This document shows, one piece after another, positions 1 through 7,837 of a DNA stretch of 44,322 bases. A program made the translations under genes and the position numbers. The number at the start of each line of letters is the position of its first letter. Position 1 is the stretch's first letter. Location of the stretch: NCBI GenBank assembly GCA_039794845.1, contig JAUQVK010000016.1:1-44322 (forward strand). Direction: 5' to 3'. Source of the stretch: Thermostichus sp. DRC_bins_24. Its GTDB lineage: Bacteria > Cyanobacteriota > Cyanobacteriia > Thermostichales > Thermostichaceae. Below the pieces are notes generated by a model. That model ran no database searches. It was given only the letters and a program-made list of their open reading frames with translations, and was not told where the DNA came from.

Positions 1-140
1 GCCGGGGAACGGAAACCGCCTACCAAGTCGGTCTGTCGGGGGTTGCCGACCTGGATCGGTGGCGTGGGGCAGGAATGCTCAAGAGCAATCTTGGGAAGCC
101 CGCGCTCTACCCGCTAGGCATTGCGTCGGGAGGATGTCAC
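1..140 (+). mobile_element. Right end of an IS200/IS605-family (TnpB) element; frame +1 encodes a probable TnpB C-terminal tail ending at TAG 115-117
   Basis: Frame 1 reads AGERKPPTKSVCRGLPTWIGGVGQECSRAILGSPRSTR*. It is followed by an imperfect hairpin and GGATGTCAC, paralleling the end of the intact tnpB element at 21786-21830 (..TR* tacccgTtagg..GGATGTCAA). The gene body is outside the window. Confidence 0.7.
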
Positions 141-141
141 T

Positions 142-319
142 TACAGCCCTTTATGCCCAGGGCACACCGGCGTGTCCGCTAGTCACATGTAACAACTGTG
201 GAAGTTTGTAACAACTGTGGAAGTTGAGATCCACTCTCTAGAAGGATGGCCCTCCGGGCTCCGCGAAACGGCAGTAGGAATCACAATCCCTGCTGTAGAG
301 AACCCGCGCAAGGCCTGTA
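142..319 (+). mobile_element. MITE-like element, family A, copy 1
   Basis: Terminal inverted repeats TACAGCCCTT...AAGGCCTGTA with TA at both ends. Homologous to 33226-33382 and 36200-36409. Internal 19-bp tandem duplication TGTAACAACTGTGGAAGTT at 188-206 and 207-225. Confidence 0.8.
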
Positions 320-351
320 ACAGGTAGAGCGTACAGTTGTTGCGAATTCAG

Positions 352-1095
352 CTAAAGCCTACCCGCTGCAATGATCCGCTGTAAAAATTGGCGGGTGCGG
401 GGATGTTCCGGTTGGGAAAAGAGCTTTTGAGGAGTATTGGTTTCTAGGATGCGACCTGCTTCCAAAAAGCAAACCCGATCCGCGACATCCCGAGCAAAGC
501 CCATTTCATGAGTGACAATCAGCATCGTCATGCCCTTGGTTTTCAGATCCCGAATAATCTCCAGCACATCCCCCATCAATTCTGGATCTAGAGCGGCGGT
601 AACTTCATCCAAAAGCAACACATCCGGCTGGGTGGCCAAGGCCCGCACGATCGCCACCCGTTGTTGTTGCCCGCCGGAAAGCTGTTCTGGATAGCTGTGG
701 GCAAAGGGCTTCATGCCAAACAAATCCAGTAGGGTCATGGCATTTTCCCAACTTTCTGCTCTGGAGACTCCATGGACCTTGCAGGGGGCCAGCGTAATGT
801 TCTCCAGCACCGTCATGTGGGGAAACAGGTTATAGGACTGAAACACAATGCCAACCCGTTTCTGGAGTTGATTCTTGCCAAAACGTGGATCATCGATGGG
901 GATCCCGTCCAAATAAATCTTGCCGTAGTCAAACTCCACCAAGCGGTTGACACAGCGCAGTAATGTGGATTTTCCTGAGCCAGATGGGCCAATCAGACAG
1001 ACCACTTCGTGCTTTTGTACCTGCAGGTTCACCGAGCGTAAAACCAGGGTTTGCCCGTAGTATTTCGTCAGGTTTTCAATGCGGATCCGCTCCAT
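352..1095 (-). CDS. Polar amino acid ABC transporter ATP-binding protein (GlnQ-like)
   Basis: Walker A GPSGSGKS, signature LSGGQQQR, Walker B LLLDE, VTHEMGFA. Start set at ATG 1095 (MERIRIENL). Confidence 0.92.
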   Translation of the reverse strand: MERIRIENLTKYYGQTLVLRSVNLQVQKHEVVCLIGPSGSGKSTLLRCVNRLVEFDYGKIYLDGIPIDDPRFGKNQLQKRVGIVFQSYNLFPHMTVLENITLAPCKVHGVSRAESWENAMTLLDLFGMKPFAHSYPEQLSGGQQQRVAIVRALATQPDVLLLDEVTAALDPELMGDVLEIIRDLKTKGMTMLIVTHEMGFARDVADRVCFLEAGRILETNTPQKLFSQPEHPRTRQFLQRIIAAGRL

Positions 1096-1106
1096 TTCGG
1101 CTCCAT

Positions 1107-1997
1107 TTAGGGTGTCCTTTGTAGTCGCCGTTCTCGATCCCGTCTGGCGATGGAGTCGGTAAAGCGGGCCAGGGGAATGGTGGTGACCAGAAACAACAGG
1201 GCTGCCGTCACCAAAGAGGAATAATTGAAGGTGCGAGCCGTATAGATTTGGGCCTCCCGTACGGCATCCCGCACCCCCACGACACTCAACAGGGCCACAT
1301 CCTTTTGTAAGGCCACTGCCAGATTCAGCAACGCAGGCAACACATTGCGCACCGCTTGGGGCACGATGGCGTAGCGCAGGGTTTGCCACTGGGATAAGCC
1401 CAGGGCTTTGGCCGCCGCCCGCTGCCCGTCATGAACCGCCTCCATGCCGGAACGATACACCTCTGCCGCATAGGCCGCATAGCTGAGCACCATTGCCATT
1501 CCCCCCCAAAACAGGCTGGAGCGCGGCAGCCCAGGGATCTGCAAAGCAGGGATCCCGAAACCAAACAGCAACACCAACAAAAGGGCGGGCAACCCTCGGA
1601 ACAGATCGATGTAAATGACCGTGAAAAGCCGCAAGGGGGCAAACCAGGGGCCATTCAGGGAGCGAAACACTGCCAGTACCAGAGCCCAAAGGGCAATGCA
1701 GCAGAGGGCAACCCCCCACACTGCCAAGTTGGTCCAAAAGCCCCGCAACACGGTTGGGAAAGCTTCCAGCATGGCCCGCCCGTTGAAAAACTGGAGCTGT
1801 ACCCGTGGCCACTGCTCAGAACGGGTGATCAGCAGGGCTAAGCCGCCAAACACCACCACCACACTGGTCAGGCTGATGGCAAAAGGGATCAGCCGTTCCG
1901 ATACGGTGAGAACTTTCTTCGCCGGCGGGGGGGGATCCCCCATCCCACTACTCCAATCGGTAGGGGAGCGCGGGTCTAGATCACCCTCCACCCTCAT
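1107..1997 (-). CDS. Polar amino acid ABC transporter permease (HisM/GlnP-like)
   Basis: YIDLFRGLP and AAYAAEVYRSG..GQRAAAKALGLS (EAA loop) motifs; several TM helices; ATGA overlap with the upstream gene. Confidence 0.9.
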   Translation of the reverse strand: MRVEGDLDPRSPTDWSSGMGDPPPPAKKVLTVSERLIPFAISLTSVVVVFGGLALLITRSEQWPRVQLQFFNGRAMLEAFPTVLRGFWTNLAVWGVALCCIALWALVLAVFRSLNGPWFAPLRLFTVIYIDLFRGLPALLLVLLFGFGIPALQIPGLPRSSLFWGGMAMVLSYAAYAAEVYRSGMEAVHDGQRAAAKALGLSQWQTLRYAIVPQAVRNVLPALLNLAVALQKDVALLSVVGVRDAVREAQIYTARTFNYSSLVTAALLFLVTTIPLARFTDSIARRDRERRLQRTP

Positions 1998-2818
1998 TCT
2001 GTGATCTCCGGAATGTCCAGATCCCCTCTCAGATAGGTGTTGGCGAGCTCCTCCACAACACCGCGTTCGATCACCGCCGCCAGCGCCTCATTCACCCACT
2101 CCACAAGGGGGTTGTCTTTTTCAAAGAGCAAACCGTGGCCACGGTCATTTTCATCGGGGGGCAAAAGGGCGGTGATTTTGGCCTCCGGCACCTGTACTGC
2201 CGTCACGAACAACGCGGTGGGCAAGGCAACAACGGTGGCATCGATCAACCCCCCCTGCAGGGCTTGGAAGGTTCCGGCTTGGTCATCGTAAACCGCCACA
2301 TTGGTAATGCCGAGGATGTTTTCCAGGTAATCCAGATCGGTGGTGCCGACGGTGGCCCCCCAGCGGGCTTGACGCAACTCGGCAAAACTAGAGGCCCCAA
2401 CCACAGGGCTATCGGGTAGGGCAACCACGGCCTTATCTGGCTGATAATACACACTGGAGAAGGTGACGACTTCTGAGCGGGCCTCCGTGACGGAAATTTG
2501 TTGAATGGCAAAGTCGTAGGGTTTGGGGCCAGGGGCAATCGTCTCCTCAAAGCTCTGGCGAACCCAAACTACGTCTTCCCGATCAAACCCCATCTCTTCT
2601 GCTAAGGCATAGACCAAGCCGTTCTCAAACCCCTCCCCACCGGCGGGATCATCGTTGAGCATCCAAGGGGGAAAGACGGGATCCCCGGTGCCCACCGTCA
2701 ACTTGCCGGGGGTAAATAGCCGGGGATCGTTGGGGGTGCGTTCTTGAGCAGGGGTAGCGCTGACCCAGCCAAACAGCAGGCCAAATGCAGCCAGAAAGGG
2801 AACCACTTGACGAACCAT
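1994..2818 (-). CDS. Amino acid ABC transporter substrate-binding protein (SBP family 3)
   Basis: Signal peptide; GKLTVGTGDPVFPPW and QISVTEAR..VVTFSSVYY motifs; GGAGG RBS upstream of ATG 2818. Confidence 0.88.
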   Translation of the reverse strand: MVRQVVPFLAAFGLLFGWVSATPAQERTPNDPRLFTPGKLTVGTGDPVFPPWMLNDDPAGGEGFENGLVYALAEEMGFDREDVVWVRQSFEETIAPGPKPYDFAIQQISVTEARSEVVTFSSVYYQPDKAVVALPDSPVVGASSFAELRQARWGATVGTTDLDYLENILGITNVAVYDDQAGTFQALQGGLIDATVVALPTALFVTAVQVPEAKITALLPPDENDRGHGLLFEKDNPLVEWVNEALAAVIERGVVEELANTYLRGDLDIPEITE

Positions 2819-2927
2819 ACCAGCCTCCGGTGGAGTGAACAGCATCGGGATCCGCACCGTTACAGTCCTTTCGCCAGTCCCATCCAATAACTACGGAGGT
2901 TAAGACCTACCTCTTGGAGGGCTGAGA

Positions 2928-2968
2928 AAGCACAAGCCTTGCCGTGGAAAACCCGCACAAGGGCTATA
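2928..2968 (+). repeat. Right-end fragment of MITE-like family A
   Basis: AAGCACAAGCCTTGCCGTGGAAAACCCGCACAAGGGCTATA differs at 4 of 41 positions from 33342-33382. Confidence 0.75.
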
Positions 2969-3099
2969 AGGGCAGCTCTGAATTGGATGTACAATAGCAC
3001 GCGCAAACTCGGAATCCAGAGCAAGATCTGGATTTTGGTTGGCGCTCTCCCACCCCGAGAGGGATCCTCCATAATGGGTTCATTGTCTGCCCTGCCGAC

Positions 3100-4212
3100 A
3101 TGATTGCCGAACCTACCCTTACTCCTGACACCAGCCTCAGTGACGCTCAAGTGGAGCAAGCCCAGGGATCCCCTGCTGCCATTCGTTTGCGGAAGGTTAG
3201 CCGCAATTTTTCCGGGATCCAGGCGGTGGATGCGGTAGATCTGGAGATTCGGCAGGGGGAGTTTTTTACTCTCCTAGGGCCCTCTGGCTCCGGAAAGACC
3301 ACCTGTTTGCGGATGATTGCCGGTTTTGAGCGTCCGGATCAGGGACAGATTGAGCTGAATGGCCAAGATGTATCGGGATTGCCGCCCCACCAACGGCCTG
3401 TGAACACCGTCTTTCAAGACTACGCCCTTTTTCCTCACATGACGGTGGCGGAGAATGTTGGCTATAGCCTGATGATCCGTGGCATCCCGCTGAAGGAGCG
3501 GCAAAAGCGGGTGCAGGAGGCACTGGACCTGGTGCAACTGCCTGAGATGGGATCCCGTAAACCCGGCCAGCTTTCGGGGGGGCAACGGCAGCGCGTGGCC
3601 TTGGCACGGGCTTTGGTCGGCCAACCGCAGGTGCTTTTGCTGGATGAACCTTTGGGAGCATTGGATTTGAAGCTGCGCCAGCAAATGCAGTTTGAACTCA
3701 AAGCTCTGCAACATCGCCTGGGCCTAACTTTTCTCTACGTCACCCATGACCAAGAAGAAGCCCTGACCATGAGCGATCGCATTGCTGTTTTCAACCGGGG
3801 GCGCATCGAACAACTGGGATCCCCGGCAGAACTTTACGAACGACCGCGGACTCGCTTTGTGGCCAGTTTTATCGGCCAAACCAACCTGATTGAGGGATCC
3901 CTGGCGGAACGATGTACTGGAGAGGCAGCCCTCTTCGCCTTGCGCCCCGAACATATTCACCTCGCGTTGCCCGGGGAACCCATCTCAGATGGGTACTGCA
4001 GCGTGTCGGGGCAGATTTGCGATACGGCCTATTTGGGCATTTCCATTCGGTATCAGGTTTGTGTCACGGATCAGGTGAAGCTGTTGGCCTTACAACCCAA
4101 CTCCGGACTGCACTCCCGTCGGCTACCGGAAGGGACGGAGGTGATCCTAAGTTGGCCGCCCGAGCGCATGCACCGCATTGAAGAGCCGGCGAAGGGATCC
4201 CTTCAAGACTGA
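3100..4212 (+). CDS. PotA-like polyamine ABC transporter ATP-binding protein with C-terminal TOBE region (no cognate permease adjacent)
   Basis: GPSGSGKT, RPVNTVFQDYALFPHM, LSGGQRQR, LLLDEPLGALDLKLRQQMQ. Confidence 0.88.
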   Translation: MIAEPTLTPDTSLSDAQVEQAQGSPAAIRLRKVSRNFSGIQAVDAVDLEIRQGEFFTLLGPSGSGKTTCLRMIAGFERPDQGQIELNGQDVSGLPPHQRPVNTVFQDYALFPHMTVAENVGYSLMIRGIPLKERQKRVQEALDLVQLPEMGSRKPGQLSGGQRQRVALARALVGQPQVLLLDEPLGALDLKLRQQMQFELKALQHRLGLTFLYVTHDQEEALTMSDRIAVFNRGRIEQLGSPAELYERPRTRFVASFIGQTNLIEGSLAERCTGEAALFALRPEHIHLALPGEPISDGYCSVSGQICDTAYLGISIRYQVCVTDQVKLLALQPNSGLHSRRLPEGTEVILSWPPERMHRIEEPAKGSLQD

Positions 4213-4237
4213 ATCAGGCTCCGCAAAGCCATCTCCG

Positions 4238-4328
4238 CGCACAGCGTGGTACTAACCGTAGCCTCTCTCCCAGAGCGGGAGAGGGGAATCAGAAAGTGTA
4301 TGTCCTTGTTTGGGTTTGGAGTGACTAT
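4238..4328. repeat. Intergenic repeat family B, copy 1, with CCTCTCTCCC/GGGAGAGGGG hairpin; lies between convergent genes
   Basis: Shares CGTAGCC(T/C)CTCTCC, AGAGGGGA, CAGAAAGTGTAT and TGGAGTGACT(A/G)T in the same order with 33449-33535. Confidence 0.7.
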
Positions 4329-4377
4329 GGTTATCCTGCCAGTGGGTACTGACAACCTCAATGGCCAAAACAACTGC

Positions 4378-5250
4378 TCAGGGCGCTTGCACAGGGGGTG
4401 GGGGCGGATCATTGCGCAAAAAGGGCTGTACCGCAACAAACCCCAATCCGAAGGAGCCGATCACCAAAATGACGGCAGCGGCAATCCAAAGCACGGTGGA
4501 TCCCTGGGATCCATGGTGTTGTTCCCGTACCCGCTGATACACGCCCGTGGGATAAGCCTCGGCATAGGGATCCGGGCCGCCTATATCCTGCATCAACTCA
4601 TCCATGGAAGGCACCTGATACCCCGCACGAGGGTAAGACTCGGCAGAAGTGTCGTTGCGGGAACGACCAAAGCTGGACGGGGGAGTGGCGGGCGTTTGCG
4701 GCGGTCGGTGGGGCGGATCGAAGGAGGGTGAGGGGAAGCTGGAGTTGGGGGAGTAAGCTTCAGAATAGCCGTTGGTGGGGAAGGAGGGGGCCTCGTTGCG
4801 GGTTTGTCGGCGCTTGAGGCGATTCAAAAAGTCATAGGCAGGCGGGGCTTCTATCGGGCTGGGCTCTGAAACCAGGGTGTCCCGTTGAAAAGATGAAGCG
4901 GGGGATCCCCCTTCGGAGGCAGCAGCGGCTTGGGCCGCCTGACCCATCTGCTGGAGGCGCTTCAGGGTGTGGCCCAACTGCCCTTGAAATTCTTGGCTGA
5001 TGCCGGCAATTTCCCCAGACAACTGCTGATGCAAAGAGCGTAGGCGCTGGTTTTCGGAGGAAAGCTGGCTCACCTGCTGACGGGCAGACTCCAACTCTTC
5101 GACCACCTGTTGATACACCTGAACGGGCACCACTCCGGGCCCGGTCTCCATCGCAGAAGGGGAGCGATACCCGTTGCGGGGCACGCTACCGAGGTTGCCA
5201 TTGCCGTTGCGCGCTCCAGAGGGGCTGGATCCCCGAAAATTGTATTGCAT
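4378..5250 (-). CDS. Hypothetical membrane-anchored protein (coiled coil, Pro/Ser-rich linker, C-terminal TM helix)
   Basis: Heptad-like region VYQQVVEELESARQQVSQLSSENQRL; hydrophobic VLWIAAAVILVIGSFGLGFVAV near the C-terminus. Start ATG 5250 is uncertain. Confidence 0.75.
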   Translation of the reverse strand: MQYNFRGSSPSGARNGNGNLGSVPRNGYRSPSAMETGPGVVPVQVYQQVVEELESARQQVSQLSSENQRLRSLHQQLSGEIAGISQEFQGQLGHTLKRLQQMGQAAQAAAASEGGSPASSFQRDTLVSEPSPIEAPPAYDFLNRLKRRQTRNEAPSFPTNGYSEAYSPNSSFPSPSFDPPHRPPQTPATPPSSFGRSRNDTSAESYPRAGYQVPSMDELMQDIGGPDPYAEAYPTGVYQRVREQHHGSQGSTVLWIAAAVILVIGSFGLGFVAVQPFLRNDPPPPPVQAP

Positions 5251-5540
5251 AGGTTGGATGTCGACTCCGAAAGAGAGGGGTCTAAGGAAGGCTAACCCAA
5301 GGCTTGCCAGGGTCCGGCGAGCAGGGATCTGGGGCGGCCAGGGTGACGAGGGTTCGCCAGGAATAGTGCTGAACACCACTTATCGAAGATACTCAGCACC
5401 AGGGTTAGTGTAGGCAGCAATCGCTACCCCAAGCATACCGCCAAGCCCTGCGGATGGGTGGCATCTTGCGGCAATTTTTTCCGCCCATGAGCGCCAGAGT
5501 GCCGAGATGCCCAGGGGATCCCTGAGGGCTTGCGGTCGCT

Positions 5541-6077
5541 TCAGGAATACCCCCCCACCAAGTCTGGGGATCCTTTTGATTCTGAGTCAGAGGGCTCTCG
5601 CAACAGACGCTCCAGATTCTCCCGTAGGGGTGGTTCCAGTTGCTCCAGCTCGTTCACAAAGTCCCTCACCCCTTGGAACTGGCGGTAGACGGAAGCAAAG
5701 CGTACATAGGCCACTTCGCTTAACTTCTGCAGCCGATCCAGCACCATCTCCCCAATGCGCAAGGTGGTGACTTCCTGGACATCCTCCAGCTGCAGCTTCT
5801 CTTCGATCTCGTTCACCAGCTCTTCCATTTGTTTGACGCTGACCTGGGTTTTTTGACAGGCGCGCATTACCCCCTGCAAAATTTTGCTGCGATTGAAGCT
5901 TTCACGGGATCCATCCCGCTTGATCACCATGATCGGCACAAATTCAATGCGCTCGTAGGTGGTGAAGCGGTAGCCACAGGCCATGCATTCTCGCCGCCGC
6001 CGCACGCTTTGGCCAGCTTCTGCCGAACGAGATTCCAAAACGCGGATCTCTTGTTTGCTACAGCGGGGACATTTCAT
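5541..6077 (-). CDS. nrdR: Transcriptional repressor NrdR
   Basis: [26 protein letters not shown] zinc ribbon, ATP-cone, and [13 protein letters not shown]. Confidence 0.97.
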   Translation of the reverse strand: MKCPRCSKQEIRVLESRSAEAGQSVRRRRECMACGYRFTTYERIEFVPIMVIKRDGSRESFNRSKILQGVMRACQKTQVSVKQMEELVNEIEEKLQLEDVQEVTTLRIGEMVLDRLQKLSEVAYVRFASVYRQFQGVRDFVNELEQLEPPLRENLERLLREPSDSESKGSPDLVGGYS

Positions 6078-6139
6078 GGCTGGCGATCCTTAACAGAGTG
6101 ACAGGTCAAGAGGGGGAAGGTGTTCTGATCTTACCGGTC

Positions 6140-7720
6140 TTACCGGACGGACTGTGCGGGGAGAGGACCCCATTCGCTAGAAGTCGATTGTAAGCGCTCC
6201 CACCAAGCGGCGGCTTGAGCCTGGATTTGGGCCATCAGTTCCGGATCCATCCGATCCAGATGGGCCAGTACCAATCCCATCCTGCCCAAGGATGCAAGGA
6301 CGGAACGGTGACGCAACAGAAAGTCCCAATAAAAAGTATTGAAGGGACAAGCGTGTTCGCCCACCTTTTCGCTGTGATTGTAGCGGCAATTGTGGCAATA
6401 GTCGCTCATCTTGTGAATGTACCTAGCGGAAGCGGCATAGGGCTTACTGGCTAGCAGGCCGCCATCGGCAAACAGGCCCATGCCGATCACGTTCGTCTGC
6501 ATCACCCAGTCGTAACTGTCGATAAAAACATCGTGAAACCATGCCTCGATTGCTTGGGGTTGGATACCACTAATGAGGGCGAAATTACTGAGGATCATCA
6601 ACCGTTGAATGTGATGGGCATAGCCATGGCGCTGAATTTGTTTGAGGGTATGCCGCAAACAGGCCATGTCGGTGTCGGCCGTCCAAAAGAAGGCGGGCAA
6701 AGGCCGCTCATGGGCAAAAAAGTTGTGTTGGTCGTAGCCGTTGGGCATTTGGTACTCGTAGAGGCCACGCATGTACTCTCGCCAACCCAGCACCTGACGG
6801 ATAAACCCTTCGGCTGAGGCCAAAGGGATCCCGCCGGCTCTGTAGGCGGTTGTGGCGGCGGCGATCACTTCTGAGGGGGTGAGCAAGCCCAGGTTTAGGT
6901 AGGGGGAGAGAAGAGCGTGGTAGAGAAAGTCTTCGCCGGTTTGCATGGCATCTTGCCAGGGGCCGAAGTGGGGCAGACGCTCGTTGATGAAGTGTTCGAG
7001 AGCTTGCAGCGCCTGGGAGCGAGTCACCGCCCAGCCAAACCCGGCCAGGGATCCGAAATGCTGCTCGTAGAACTGCTCAACCTTCTGGATCACCGCTTGG
7101 GTGATGGCATCGGGGGGAAAGGTAAGGCGCTGGGGGTAGCGCATGCCGGCTTTAGGGGGCTGGCGATTGTCGCTGTCGTAGTTCCAACGTCCGCCCAGGG
7201 GTTTGTTGCCTTCCATCAGGATTTGAAAGCGTTTGCGCCCTTCTCGGTAAAAATCTTCCATGAGCAGGCGTTTGCGCCCCTTGGCCCAGCCGATGAATTG
7301 GCGGCTTGTCCAGAGGAAGTGGTTATTCTCGATCTGTGAGATGGGGCAGGGGAGTTGGGATCCCAGCTTTTCCACTTCGGCACGGAAGGGAAGATCGGCG
7401 GGCTGCATGAGGCGAATGTGGCGCAGCTGCTCCTGCTTGGCCCAGGCTTGCAGAGGTTCGGCAAAGCCCTCTGCTTCCACATAGGTGACGGGGTAGCCCC
7501 GATCGCGTAGTTCTTGGGCGAAGTGGCGCATGGCCGACCACACCAGCACCAGTTTCTGCTGATGATAGTTGCGGCGGTTGGCCCAGGCTGAAGACTCGAT
7601 CAAGATCACCGGGATCCGCTCCGGGGGTACTGCCGCTAAAGAAGCCAGGGCAGCCTGTTGGGGGTGCAGTTGGTCCCCGAGGATCCAAACCCCTTCTGGG
7701 CCCGTTGGTGTGGTGGTCAT
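6140..7720 (-). CDS. Cryptochrome/photolyase family protein, FeS-BCP class (PhrB-like bacterial (6-4) photolyase)
   Basis: WILGDQL N-terminus, HQQKL..SAMRHFA, GGRWNYD..NR, GYAHHIQRLM, KPYAAS; Fe-S cysteines in DMACL and DYCHNC..ACPFN. Confidence 0.9.
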   Translation of the reverse strand: MTTTPTGPEGVWILGDQLHPQQAALASLAAVPPERIPVILIESSAWANRRNYHQQKLVLVWSAMRHFAQELRDRGYPVTYVEAEGFAEPLQAWAKQEQLRHIRLMQPADLPFRAEVEKLGSQLPCPISQIENNHFLWTSRQFIGWAKGRKRLLMEDFYREGRKRFQILMEGNKPLGGRWNYDSDNRQPPKAGMRYPQRLTFPPDAITQAVIQKVEQFYEQHFGSLAGFGWAVTRSQALQALEHFINERLPHFGPWQDAMQTGEDFLYHALLSPYLNLGLLTPSEVIAAATTAYRAGGIPLASAEGFIRQVLGWREYMRGLYEYQMPNGYDQHNFFAHERPLPAFFWTADTDMACLRHTLKQIQRHGYAHHIQRLMILSNFALISGIQPQAIEAWFHDVFIDSYDWVMQTNVIGMGLFADGGLLASKPYAASARYIHKMSDYCHNCRYNHSEKVGEHACPFNTFYWDFLLRHRSVLASLGRMGLVLAHLDRMDPELMAQIQAQAAAWWERLQSTSSEWGPLPAQSVR

Positions 7721-7837
7721 GGGATCCCTGGTAATGGAACAGGTCGAGTTTAACTGCATTGACTGCGGGGTAAAGGCTGGTATTTTTCGTCAAGCGGGTC
7801 TTGGGTGGGAAGATGGTCCTGGAGCCGGGAGCGGTCT

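Noticed and set aside
188..225. Direct repeats as a CRISPR array or DnaA boxes
   Set aside because: Only two abutting 19-bp copies with no spacer. ACTTCCACA is two mismatches from TTTTCCACA and lies inside a dispersed repeat; no cas genes or oriC context.
1096..1389. N-terminal extension of the 345-aa ABC ATPase ORF
   Set aside because: It overlaps the permease in another frame; the recognisable domain starts at ATG 1095.
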